Origin: a virus
Length of the DNA stretch: 64,000 nucleotides
IMG/VR virus record: IMGVR_UViG_3300042402_003259
Span: 18,640 to 82,639 of that record
Strand: one strand, 5' to 3'
Part shown: positions 26,096 through 34,947 of the stretch, one piece after another
Layout: every line of letters begins with the position of its first letter
How positions within the stretch are numbered: the first letter of the stretch is position 1
Translations under genes and position numbers: made by a program
Notes under the pieces: model-generated
Told to the model about the DNA's origin: nothing
Databases searched by the model: none
The model's input: the letters and a program-made list of their open reading frames with translations, nothing else

Positions 26096-27055
26096 TTATT
26101 TAGTCCACTTTTGTTCTTTTAAAATATCATCAATCAAATCTTTTTCTGGTTTATCCATTTCTTTATCAAATCTCTTTAATACTTCGGTTAATGGATATAC
26201 TCTATCTGGAGATTCTTTTTGTTTTTCTTTAAGCTCTTGAATTACATCTACAATTTTAACAAGAGGAGATTTAAATTCATCGACCTTATCTTTTGTGGCA
26301 AAATTACACATTTCAAAAGCTTTGGGAGTTAAAGCCTTTAGAACTGAGATGATTGCCGATCCTAACATATTAAATATTGAAAATGCAGCACCAGCAGCAG
26401 GATGTACAGTTGCTAGAAGGCGAAGAATAACGAATACTACTACAAATACAATAATTGCAGTTAATGCGCTAAGTATAAACTTCTTTAACCCCCAAAATAC
26501 TGCATTAAGACCAAACATTCCGCTCATTGAGTCTAACACAGCTTTATTTTGATCAGCTTCTTTGGCTACTTCTTTAGCTTTATCGGTTAGTTGCCAGAGT
26601 TGATCGTCGTATTTTTCATTTAATTCTGACTTTTCTTTTTGAAGTTTATTGATTATTTCATCTCGCTGGGATAATAATTCTTCGCCTTTTTTGCGTTCTT
26701 CAGCAACTTGAGAATTTAATAGATCTACGGTGGCTTTAATTCTTTTTATTTCATCAATATGAGGTGAGCCGACAATAGAAATCACTCTTTCATTAAGAGC
26801 TTTAGCCGTATCTACTTGAACGGGCGGATTTGAAACTTGATTTAAAGAATGTTGAATGCCGATTGAAAGCCCTGAGGTTTGAATTCTCTTGCCTTTATCG
26901 TTCTTTTCCATCTCTACTAAAGTAGTATCTACTTTTTTCTCTTCTTTAGCGATAACTTTTTGATTGTCATCAATTTGTTTCGCTGGTCTTATAGTAGAGA
27001 AGCACCCAGTAAATAAAAAAACCAATATTATTAATATTGGTAGTTTGGTTGTCAT
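26096..27055 (-). CDS. Lipoprotein with coiled coil and internal TM (spanin-like)
   Basis: Lipobox LFTG^C, long coiled coil, hydrophobic segment about aa 193-215. Confidence 0.6.
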   Translation of the reverse strand: MTTKLPILIILVFLFTGCFSTIRPAKQIDDNQKVIAKEEKKVDTTLVEMEKNDKGKRIQTSGLSIGIQHSLNQVSNPPVQVDTAKALNERVISIVGSPHIDEIKRIKATVDLLNSQVAEERKKGEELLSQRDEIINKLQKEKSELNEKYDDQLWQLTDKAKEVAKEADQNKAVLDSMSGMFGLNAVFWGLKKFILSALTAIIVFVVVFVILRLLATVHPAAGAAFSIFNMLGSAIISVLKALTPKAFEMCNFATKDKVDEFKSPLVKIVDVIQELKEKQKESPDRVYPLTEVLKRFDKEMDKPEKDLIDDILKEQKWTK

Positions 27056-27097
27056 ATCTGTTATTACACAGATAATGATAAAAAGAAATAATTAAAA

Positions 27098-28408
27098 TTA
27101 TCTGCTGATTTCTTCCCAATCTATAGAAGCGAATATATTTTGACTATTACTTCCAGCGGTAACAGCAAGAGTAAGTTCATAAGGCGTTGAAGTTAATCCA
27201 TTTCTTTCTAATTGAAATGTAAAAAGAGCTTCTTTAAGGATATCAATTGATGGAGAACCTTGATTAGAAGAGTTTATAAATCCACTGGCAAGCACTCTTC
27301 CTCCAGTAAAAGAAGTTCCACTGATATTATATTCAACAGCACTGTCAGTGCCAGCACTTATCCAGCTACCGTCAGTAGTAGCACCAGAAGCAACTACTCG
27401 CCAACTATAATTTATACCATTACCTATACCCATCATTGAAAGCGCAGTTAAAATTACAATACCGTCTAAAGCTGTGCTTTTTAATCTTACAGAAATCACT
27501 GGATAATAAGTTCCTGCAACTGCAAGGCTTGATGGAGTATTTATTGGAGTTGCTATTGCTTGTTGTAATCCACGAAGTTCATAACCGCCTTCTGAAATTA
27601 CAGTTGAGCAAATTTGCTTAAGAGTGCTGGAGCCAGAAGTCGCAGCGGTATTTTTAATTTCATAACGAAGCGGCAAACATGCTGTTGTAATATATGTTGA
27701 AGAAATTAAATTTGCATGGTTAAATATGTGACAAACAATAATTTGACCATTAATTATAAATCCAGTTCTAACAGAGCCAACACCCAGCCATTCAATATCC
27801 ATCCAAAAAATTTGAGCTTTAGACGTATCTAAAGTTAAACCTGAAGGGCCAGTTCCATCTAACTTATCTCCATTCCAAGATGATTGCGATACTCTAGTTT
27901 CTGCTAGACCACCACTTACATAAGATCTTTCTACAAAATTTATAGTTGAATTATTAACTTCAAAATATATTCCATTATAATCGTTATAATATCCAGCTCT
28001 TTGACGAAGACCAGTTTTTTTAGCTTGCATTACAAACGTATTCAAAACCAACAATGATTTTCCCGGTTGATAGGAAAATACTTTGGTAGTTTCTCTTATA
28101 ACTTCAGAGTTTATAGAATTATCAACAGCCAAATCTACTAAACCTTGATTTGCATTAAAAGTGGCAGAAGCAGTTCCTGTAGTCGCTGTAGTCCAAAGAC
28201 CGTTGTCTTTATATCTATGAGAGCTATCAAATAAAGTTAAAGGAGTAGAGACTCTTTGGCGACCAAAAATATCAAAAGCGGGATTTAAAATGCCGCCGCC
28301 AATAGTAAAATCAGTGTCTCTGGCAGGTCTATAGTATTGATTTATTGAATCATAAATCAAATTAGTATTGACATTCTGCGGAAACTGAACGGCGAAATTC
28401 TGGGCCAT
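27098..28408 (-). CDS. Putative virion structural beta-rich protein
   Basis: DIFGRQRVSTP.TLFD, YQPGKS, W.GVG.VR.G motifs; Ser/Thr/Gly rich. Confidence 0.6.
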   Translation of the reverse strand: MAQNFAVQFPQNVNTNLIYDSINQYYRPARDTDFTIGGGILNPAFDIFGRQRVSTPLTLFDSSHRYKDNGLWTTATTGTASATFNANQGLVDLAVDNSINSEVIRETTKVFSYQPGKSLLVLNTFVMQAKKTGLRQRAGYYNDYNGIYFEVNNSTINFVERSYVSGGLAETRVSQSSWNGDKLDGTGPSGLTLDTSKAQIFWMDIEWLGVGSVRTGFIINGQIIVCHIFNHANLISSTYITTACLPLRYEIKNTAATSGSSTLKQICSTVISEGGYELRGLQQAIATPINTPSSLAVAGTYYPVISVRLKSTALDGIVILTALSMMGIGNGINYSWRVVASGATTDGSWISAGTDSAVEYNISGTSFTGGRVLASGFINSSNQGSPSIDILKEALFTFQLERNGLTSTPYELTLAVTAGSNSQNIFASIDWEEISR

Positions 28409-28422
28409 AAATATTTTTACAC

Positions 28423-28638
28423 TTACTTTCTTCGATATACTGTATTTTCTTTAAGCACTTTATATTTCAAAAGCTTATTTCCTTCAGCAATTTTTACATA
28501 TTGATCGTCATACAATAATACTAAATCATCTTTTTTAAAACTATCTCCAACTTTAACTAAAGAATACTTTTTAATTTCTTTGTCAGTGAGGGCCGTTACA
28601 TTGATTGCTCTATGTATATTTGAAGAATTATCGCTCAC
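28423..28638 (-). CDS. Hypothetical protein
   Basis: Operonic ORF. Confidence 0.5.
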   Translation of the reverse strand: MSDNSSNIHRAINVTALTDKEIKKYSLVKVGDSFKKDDLVLLYDDQYVKIAEGNKLLKYKVLKENTVYRRK

Positions 28639-28756
28639 TATTGGAGCCTTTCTTATTCTTCTTGTTTTTCTTACGACCCCAATCTATCAAATCATGATTG
28701 TCTTTATATTGTTTACTAAAACAATTTCTTGGTTTATCGCCTTTACCAGCACTCAT
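28628..28756 (-). CDS. 42 aa basic phage protein (GKGDKPR motif)
   Basis: Read from sequence; fills the gap between neighbouring ORFs. Confidence 0.55.
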   Translation of the reverse strand: MSAGKGDKPRNCFSKQYKDNHDLIDWGRKKNKKNKKGSNSER

Positions 28757-28946
28757 ATTGGTCTTTTAGTTGTATATTTGGCTTTAGATCGTTCATTATT
28801 GCAAGTCTTTCAGACTCTTTATAAAAGGTCCAATCTCTGATTTGTTGCCAAGTTCGACCGCAGCCTACACAATGATCGTTTATTAACTTGCATTTTCTAG
28901 TGCAGGGAGTTGATATTTTAACAGCAGTGTCCTCGTTTATTATCAT
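28743..28946 (-). CDS. DUF1289-like Cys-rich protein
   Basis: TPCTRKC..CVGCGRT..I.DW. Confidence 0.75.
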   Translation of the reverse strand: MIINEDTAVKISTPCTRKCKLINDHCVGCGRTWQQIRDWTFYKESERLAIMNDLKPNIQLKDQYECW

Positions 28947-29112
28947 TCAGAGGTTTATACACTGATTTTTGTTCGCGGTATTTATAAAGTTCAGCGTAAG
29001 CTTCTTGAACGTGCTTGTCTATATCTTTTACTAAATAAGGAATAGACTTATTAGAATCAACTGTTTTAATTGATTCTATTAGTTTAGATATAATGGATTG
29101 TACTTCTTGCAT
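28918..29112 (-). CDS. Hypothetical protein
   Basis: Start moved to ATG 29112 to avoid overlap with tRNA-Gln. Confidence 0.5.
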   Translation of the reverse strand: MQEVQSIISKLIESIKTVDSNKSIPYLVKDIDKHVQEAYAELYKYREQKSVYKPLNDNKRGHCC

Positions 29113-29119
29113 TATAAAA

Positions 29120-29193
29120 TGGTTGTCCGAACAGGATTTGAACCTATACAAAGAGAGTCAAAGTCTCTTGTGCTACCATTACACCATCGGACA
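29120..29193 (-). tRNA. trnQ: tRNA-Gln(UUG)
   Basis: AGAGA-CT-TTG-AC-TCTCT, encoded CCA. Confidence 0.93.
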
Positions 29194-29201
29194 ATTTAAA
29201 T

Positions 29202-29292
29202 TGGCGGTGAGAGAAGGATTTGAACCTTCGGTACTCTTTTGGAGTACGGGGCTTTAGCAAAGCCCTGCATTAGACCACTCTGCCACCTCACC
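29202..29292 (-). tRNA. trnS: tRNA-Ser(GCU)
   Basis: GGGCT-TT-GCT-AA-AGCCC, long variable arm GTACTC/GAGTAC, encoded CCA. Confidence 0.93.
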
Positions 29293-29563
29293 TTAATTTT
29301 TCTATCTCAAAACATCCGTAACCAGCTTGGTGTTCGAATGTTAGTAGTCCGCATCTTTTACTTCTTTTATTTGTGCAGACTCCGAAATCAACGTCTGCAT
29401 CTCTATATTTCTGATTGTATAAAGGAATAAAATGCTTACAGCCACCGCTGCAATCGCTGTAATTATAATCAGGATCACTGTGGCGACGTATTTTTCCTCC
29501 ATAGTCAGAATAATCTGTATCTAAAACTTTACAAAGATCTAATAATTTGAGATCCCGCTTCAC
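29288..29563 (-). CDS. Cys-rich hypothetical protein
   Basis: DCSGGCKHF, DFGVC, TFEHQAGYGC. Confidence 0.6.
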   Translation of the reverse strand: MKRDLKLLDLCKVLDTDYSDYGGKIRRHSDPDYNYSDCSGGCKHFIPLYNQKYRDADVDFGVCTNKRSKRCGLLTFEHQAGYGCFEIEKLR

Positions 29564-29841
29564 TTCTTTTTTGACTTTTTAGAAGATTGAGTCGAAGTCC
29601 TTAGACCGTAATTCAAATCAATCCACGCAGTTTCTATCAATGCTTTGTCTTTCGTGAGCTTCATCTTTTCGCGCATATATTTCATAGTCCAGTTCTTCCA
29701 CTTTTCATTATCTTCTGGAGTATAAGAATACTTTGTTAACCAGTTTGGAGTTTGGTTATCGCGGATATCTTCATATTTAAGATCTACATTGGCTATCTTA
29801 AATTGCTTATCTATGATTTTTTTTATGTGCTTGTCGTTCAT
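29560..29841 (-). CDS. Hypothetical protein
   Basis: Operonic ORF. Confidence 0.6.
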   Translation of the reverse strand: MNDKHIKKIIDKQFKIANVDLKYEDIRDNQTPNWLTKYSYTPEDNEKWKNWTMKYMREKMKLTKDKALIETAWIDLNYGLRTSTQSSKKSKKK

Positions 29842-30287
29842 TTTCCTGTTGATCCAAAGCCGCCAGCTTGTCTCAATGTATTATCTAAATTATCTACATT
29901 ATTTAAAGTGGCGATATAACAAGCTTCAAAAATAATCTGAGCGATTCGATCACCTTTCTTAACAGTGAAATCGATATTCTTATCTGTATTATAAAGAATA
30001 ACTCCAATATCTCCACGATAATCAGAATCAATTACTCCAGCCAAAACATCAATACCGTTTTTATAAGCTAGACCGGAACGCGGAGCAATTCGTCCATAAT
30101 AACCGGGAGTAATTTCCATTGAGACATTGGTTTTGATCAGCTTGCGAGTTCCGCAAACTACGACCGCATCTTCTGCTGCGTATAAATCATATCCAGCAGC
30201 AAAGCTTGTTCCTTGAGTAGGAATAGTTGCGTTTTCTGAAAGCTTCTTTACGTTAATTTGTAAAATTTCTCTATACATAATTATCAC
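29838..30287 (-). CDS. dut: Trimeric dUTPase
   Basis: AGYDL, APRSG, GVIDSDYRG, RIAQ, R.AGGFGSTG. Confidence 0.95.
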   Translation of the reverse strand: MIIMYREILQINVKKLSENATIPTQGTSFAAGYDLYAAEDAVVVCGTRKLIKTNVSMEITPGYYGRIAPRSGLAYKNGIDVLAGVIDSDYRGDIGVILYNTDKNIDFTVKKGDRIAQIIFEACYIATLNNVDNLDNTLRQAGGFGSTGK

Positions 30288-31036
30288 TTATCTTTTAGAA
30301 TTGACATCAAAATTCTAGCTTCTTTTGCTGGAATATCATTGTATGAAGTCCATACTTTAGCTTCAGCGTTCTTATAAACACCAAGTTTCCAAGCATTGCG
30401 AAGATAATCTTGAAATTCTTCAAAAGAATTAATGCTAGAATTCTTAGCAGTCTTCTCTAGCATTCCTTGTGAAGAAGGAAGCGCGACTTCATTATCTTCT
30501 TCGAATACAGAAGGAGTGCCTTTCTTAGAAGCGTCGATTTCGTCGCTACCTACAATGTGTACGCCTAAAAAGTTTCTTACAGCCCTAACGAATGCGCGAT
30601 TAGCTGCAATCGTTTCCAAAAATTTGACAGCAAAGTCCGAAGTATTATTGACTGTAGCGTTTGCGATATCTTCGTAATAACTTTCATATTCTGATTCGTA
30701 GTTTGGAATCCAAGTTATGCCACACTTAATGCTGACGTAAGATGGTTCACACTTAATAACGTCATACTTTACGCTTGTGTATCCTCGGAGCTTGGCAAGC
30801 TCTTTAATGCCAGCAAGCTTGATAAGAAGCTGATTATCAGCAAGACCTTCAATGGAAGTGGGCATCTGCTGTTTACGCAATTCAAACCAACCTCTATTAG
30901 GGAATAGATGTTCTGTTTTAACCATTGCTCGCCAGTTGATTGAGCCGTCTTCATTTTTTTTGTAGTCTATACCTTCAATTAAGCCCCAAGCATTACGCGA
31001 CTGAGGCACCAGATTTTGATTCTTCTTCTCGCTCAT
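30284..31036 (-). CDS. Putative Rad52/Sak-like annealing protein
   Basis: DIANA..ETIAANRAFVRAVR helix resembles the Rad52-family motif. Confidence 0.35.
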   Translation of the reverse strand: MSEKKNQNLVPQSRNAWGLIEGIDYKKNEDGSINWRAMVKTEHLFPNRGWFELRKQQMPTSIEGLADNQLLIKLAGIKELAKLRGYTSVKYDVIKCEPSYVSIKCGITWIPNYESEYESYYEDIANATVNNTSDFAVKFLETIAANRAFVRAVRNFLGVHIVGSDEIDASKKGTPSVFEEDNEVALPSSQGMLEKTAKNSSINSFEEFQDYLRNAWKLGVYKNAEAKVWTSYNDIPAKEARILMSILKDK

Positions 31037-32258
31037 TGTAAATTTTAAAGAATTCTAGTTCTTGTTCGAATTCTTTTGAGAGAATAACTGTTTCTTCTGA
31101 ATTGTCAAGGTGTTTGTTCGAAAGATAGTTGGCTTTGCATGAAAACTGTTTGCCTTTAGAAATTAAAATTTTGGAGCTAATGAACTTAGATTTTTCAGAA
31201 ATGTTTTGTAGTTTTTCTAAAGCTCCATCATTTTCGAAATCTTTATTTACTTCCCAGTCTAAGAATTTAAATCTGTATTCTTCTAGTTTGTCTTTATCGT
31301 CGCAAAAGATTTTTAATTTAAGACCGATAGCCTTGCAATGCTTTAAAAATTTTTCTGAAATATTTGGAGAAAGCATTATCGTCATCAAGATTATATTATT
31401 TCTAAATGGAGCGATCATGTTAACATTGATATCTTTATCGGTAATTATGTTAACTTTTCTATTGGTTAGCCAATAGTTGAAGACAGATGCATTTAGATTT
31501 TTTACATAATCAAGTCTTAAATTGATGGATCTGTCCTTCATAAAATCTTCTGAAGATATAAAGTCAGGAACTATTTCTACAACTTTTTGATGAAAACTTC
31601 TGCCCAAATTAACTAATTCAAAACGATGCAGATCATTTTCTATACCAAGACTGTCTAAAATATTTTTGGCAATAACGTATGGGCTAATAAAATTTATGGT
31701 TTTGGGAGACTCTTTTAAATGACCATAAGTGGGAAGATTACCGTCTCTATTGGATTCTAAAATAATTTGCGAGCTTTGGTTCCAAATTGGTCTGGTATTT
31801 TTAGGATTAAATAAAGAATACAAACCTATAGACTTCGTATTAAATACTGAAGCGATATGCAAAGAATAATTTTCATTCGAAATCAAAAGTCTAGCTTTTG
31901 ATATGAGATAGTTTTCTTGCTTTTTATTTATTGTTATAAAGCATTTATTACATTGTAGCTTAGGGCTTTTATCCGTGGCGAATTGAAATACTTCTATATT
32001 TGAATCTTTAAGATATGGTTTAATTAAATCAAGAACATCTGCAAAATAATCATACTCGCCGTTCGTATTTTTGCAACGAGTGTCTATGATGATATAATTA
32101 TCGCTTTTCAGCGGAATAAAATATCTATCAAGATAAGGCTGCGAAATTTTTACTCCGCAATCTAATGCCATTTTTTCAGTTAGATTCATAAATATTATAT
32201 TGCAGAATATCTTCTGAGTTTCGAAAGTAATTATTATGTATGGAAAGATGAGGAGCAT
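30993..32258 (-). CDS. Glycosyltransferase-like (GT9-type fold) protein
   Basis: LLISNE..SLHIAS.F.TKSIGLY..P pattern; probable start near 32189. Confidence 0.5.
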   Translation of the reverse strand: MLLIFPYIIITFETQKIFCNIIFMNLTEKMALDCGVKISQPYLDRYFIPLKSDNYIIIDTRCKNTNGEYDYFADVLDLIKPYLKDSNIEVFQFATDKSPKLQCNKCFITINKKQENYLISKARLLISNENYSLHIASVFNTKSIGLYSLFNPKNTRPIWNQSSQIILESNRDGNLPTYGHLKESPKTINFISPYVIAKNILDSLGIENDLHRFELVNLGRSFHQKVVEIVPDFISSEDFMKDRSINLRLDYVKNLNASVFNYWLTNRKVNIITDKDINVNMIAPFRNNIILMTIMLSPNISEKFLKHCKAIGLKLKIFCDDKDKLEEYRFKFLDWEVNKDFENDGALEKLQNISEKSKFISSKILISKGKQFSCKANYLSNKHLDNSEETVILSKEFEQELEFFKIYNEREEESKSGASVA

Positions 32259-34071
32259 AAACTATGTCAAAGTATTTAGTGTTTGGTCCTTTACCTTCGA
32301 AAAACAATGGATCGTCCATTTTGCTGAAGTAATTTAATACTTTCTTGATATCTGGATGTGAATTTACTAAATCAAAGTTTTCAGACTTGGTAAAGAAATA
32401 AATATCATGTTGTGGATATAGTTTCTTTATTGAAGATATCAATGATGTGGCGATAATAACTTCTTCTGCGCCTTCTGGTTGTATAAACGCTATCTTTTTG
32501 GTGCTATCGCTTTCTTTTAACGATTCTAACATTTCAGAAAGAAATGTATTTTGATTTTCGTTTAACGCTGTTTTCCTGAAATACGCTAACACATCTGATC
32601 TTTTAAGATCATTGCTAAGTCTTTGTATCCAATGAGTAACTCCAGCAGGATCTTTCTTCATCAAAATATTATCATATAGCGATTCAACCCATTCTTTATC
32701 ATTTAAATTAGAATCAACATCGTAGAATGGATTGCATTTGGTCTTTTTATTTTCGAAGTTGTAGTTAACTGAAGGCAAGCTATCAAAAAGTTCTTCAAAA
32801 TATTTGCCGACAACTTCAATGCTATAATTATCTATAACAAATTGACGAGCTTTTTGACCTATTTGTTTTTTGTCTTCATTAGATAAATTGAAAACATATT
32901 GTAGCTGAGATAAAATACTCGTTGGTAAAGTGGAAGCTTTGATGAATTGTGTTCCAGGTTCTCTGTATTCAGCCCATTCAAGAGGCAAGCCGCCACTAGC
33001 TTCTGTAGAACAATCTTCACCGCAACTATAATTAGTAACCAACGTTATTAGTTCTGTAAGTTTAGCTTCTTGAATTGGAATCTCCTGCCCACCAGAAGTA
33101 AATGGATGACAATACACATCCATGAGATTATAAATCTCATTGAGTTGCTGTTCATTTACTCCATTTTTTACATTTGTAGTTTCGCAGCTATTTTGTGCGC
33201 GACAAAAATCACAATGAGCGATATGAGTGGAGAACGGTTTCACCGCATAAGCATTGCAATTTTTACAAACATAAGTGGTCAATATATTTTTTGTGCTGAT
33301 GTCTTTTTCTTTTAAAAGTTTTAAGATATCCCAACCTTCATTCCAAGAAGTATGTAAAAGAAGTTTCGCATTTGCTTGTGGATTTGCGGCGCAAAACATT
33401 TTAAAACCATCAAGTAAATTAGGCACTGACTTTCTTAGTTGATTTCTAAAAACAAATCCAATAATGAATTCATCATTTAGTTTGAAACGAGTGCGAATTT
33501 TCTTTCTGTCTTCATCAAGCAATCGATAAAAAGAATTTGTATCTAGTGTTCCATGTACTGTTTTTACATGAGTATGTCCAAGCTTGTGCATAGCTTTTTC
33601 AGCAAATGATGCCCAAACTAAATAATGATTAACTTTTGGCGCAATAGAAACTGCGTCAGGAAGTATAGGAAGACTATCAAGAGTGGTGTGAATAATGCAG
33701 TGAACTTTATTCCACCACTCTTTGTCTTGAAAACCATTGAAAGCCCAAACGTCTTCTATTCCTAAGTAAATATCGGGTTTTAATTCTTGTATTGCATGAT
33801 CAATCATTTCTGCGCCATAACCTGCACCATGTTTACGTCTTTCATCAATAGCAATTTCTTTAATAATCTCTGGATCTTCTGGTAACATACCATAAGATTT
33901 CCAAGGTACAAATTGTACTTGTTCTGATTCCCAAGTAAATCCATTGCTTAATTCTATAAGATCGTATTTTCCAGTCTTATATAAATATGACAATAAATTC
34001 TTTTTATGTTTACCGAAACCAGTAAACATCTTGCAAAAATTACTATGAATTAAAACCCGTTTCTTAGACAT
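32176..34071 (-). CDS. GT4-family glycosyltransferase with extra C-terminal domain
   Basis: TGFG, RNQLRK, YNLMDVY..GG.EIPI.EA. Confidence 0.8.
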   Translation of the reverse strand: MSKKRVLIHSNFCKMFTGFGKHKKNLLSYLYKTGKYDLIELSNGFTWESEQVQFVPWKSYGMLPEDPEIIKEIAIDERRKHGAGYGAEMIDHAIQELKPDIYLGIEDVWAFNGFQDKEWWNKVHCIIHTTLDSLPILPDAVSIAPKVNHYLVWASFAEKAMHKLGHTHVKTVHGTLDTNSFYRLLDEDRKKIRTRFKLNDEFIIGFVFRNQLRKSVPNLLDGFKMFCAANPQANAKLLLHTSWNEGWDILKLLKEKDISTKNILTTYVCKNCNAYAVKPFSTHIAHCDFCRAQNSCETTNVKNGVNEQQLNEIYNLMDVYCHPFTSGGQEIPIQEAKLTELITLVTNYSCGEDCSTEASGGLPLEWAEYREPGTQFIKASTLPTSILSQLQYVFNLSNEDKKQIGQKARQFVIDNYSIEVVGKYFEELFDSLPSVNYNFENKKTKCNPFYDVDSNLNDKEWVESLYDNILMKKDPAGVTHWIQRLSNDLKRSDVLAYFRKTALNENQNTFLSEMLESLKESDSTKKIAFIQPEGAEEVIIATSLISSIKKLYPQHDIYFFTKSENFDLVNSHPDIKKVLNYFSKMDDPLFFEGKGPNTKYFDIVYAPHLSIHNNYFRNSEDILQYNIYESN

Positions 34072-34661
34072 TAGAAGTCCATTTCTTCTGTATCTGCGGC
34101 AACTGGTTCTGCCTTCTTAGGCTTTGGAGCGGCTTCTTGAGGCACTGCTTCTCGCTTTGCTGGTGCGGCTTGTTCTGACTTCGGTGGTAGCTTTCGTGAG
34201 TCATCAAGTAGAGAATAGAACTTATTAATAAAAGAAATAAGCCTAACAGCCTCTCCCGGCTCTAGCGGAACCTTGAAAGTGTCCGCTCCATTTCGAATGA
34301 AAGACAATCCAAAAGCGGTATACTTGACAGCGTAATCTCCAGTACCCTTTGTCTTCTCGTATGGCGCGAGCTTGATTTGGGTCTTGTTGGATTCGCTAGA
34401 ATGGAACGCTGAATAAGAAGTCTTTTGCTGAAACGCGTTAATCATTTCACCAAGTTCAAACTCATTGAACTTGATAGCAATAGTCTTTGATGGATTATTA
34501 CGACTCTCCGCGAATGAGCCTGTCTTGGTCTGATCGTTCCAAGAATGTTGAGCAATACAGTTTACATAAAACTGCGGCTCACTGTTTGGCTTTTGTGAGA
34601 TTTGGAAGCTGATAGCGCAACCCTGATTCTTAGGGTTTGGCTTATAGATCTGAAGATTCAT
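34071..34661 (-). CDS. Putative ssDNA-binding protein (Whirly/PC4-like)
   Basis: Two beta-beta-beta-alpha units, flexible linker, acidic EEMDF tail. Confidence 0.45.
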   Translation of the reverse strand: MNLQIYKPNPKNQGCAISFQISQKPNSEPQFYVNCIAQHSWNDQTKTGSFAESRNNPSKTIAIKFNEFELGEMINAFQQKTSYSAFHSSESNKTQIKLAPYEKTKGTGDYAVKYTAFGLSFIRNGADTFKVPLEPGEAVRLISFINKFYSLLDDSRKLPPKSEQAAPAKREAVPQEAAPKPKKAEPVAADTEEMDF

Positions 34662-34694
34662 ATATCGCAGGATAATAAGGTTATCCTGCGATAT
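34662..34694. promoter_or_regulatory. Perfect 14-bp inverted repeat abutting start codon
   Basis: ATATCGCAGGATAA-taagg-TTATCCTGCGATAT. Confidence 0.55.
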
Positions 34695-34705
34695 TTCTAA
34701 TAAAA

Positions 34706-34933
34706 TTACTCGAAATAATAGAATAAACTTCTAGCTGTTCCACTAACAACTGGACTAGAAATTTTAATAGGAATAGTAGGATTTAAACTTTGATTAGCGC
34801 CTACTGTTATAGTGCCAAAATCTCCACTAAAAGAAGCTAATGCCGATACGATATAAATATCTTTATCGCTAGTTGGGGTAACAGTTGTGCCAGTATTAAA
34901 ATAACAAAATGGAATGTCTTGATTATTAGCCAT
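34706..34933 (-). CDS. Small beta-rich protein, possibly virion
   Basis: Preceded by GTGTAA-8nt motif. Confidence 0.55.
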   Translation of the reverse strand: MANNQDIPFCYFNTGTTVTPTSDKDIYIVSALASFSGDFGTITVGANQSLNPTIPIKISSPVVSGTARSLFYYFE

Positions 34934-34947
34934 ATATTTTATTACAC

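Noticed and set aside
741-29292. Theta (HDV-like) ribozymes at tRNA 3' ends
   Set aside because: Sequences after the tRNA 3' ends are short U-rich spacers or ORF starts; no nested pseudoknot could be built by eye (a motif search would be decisive)
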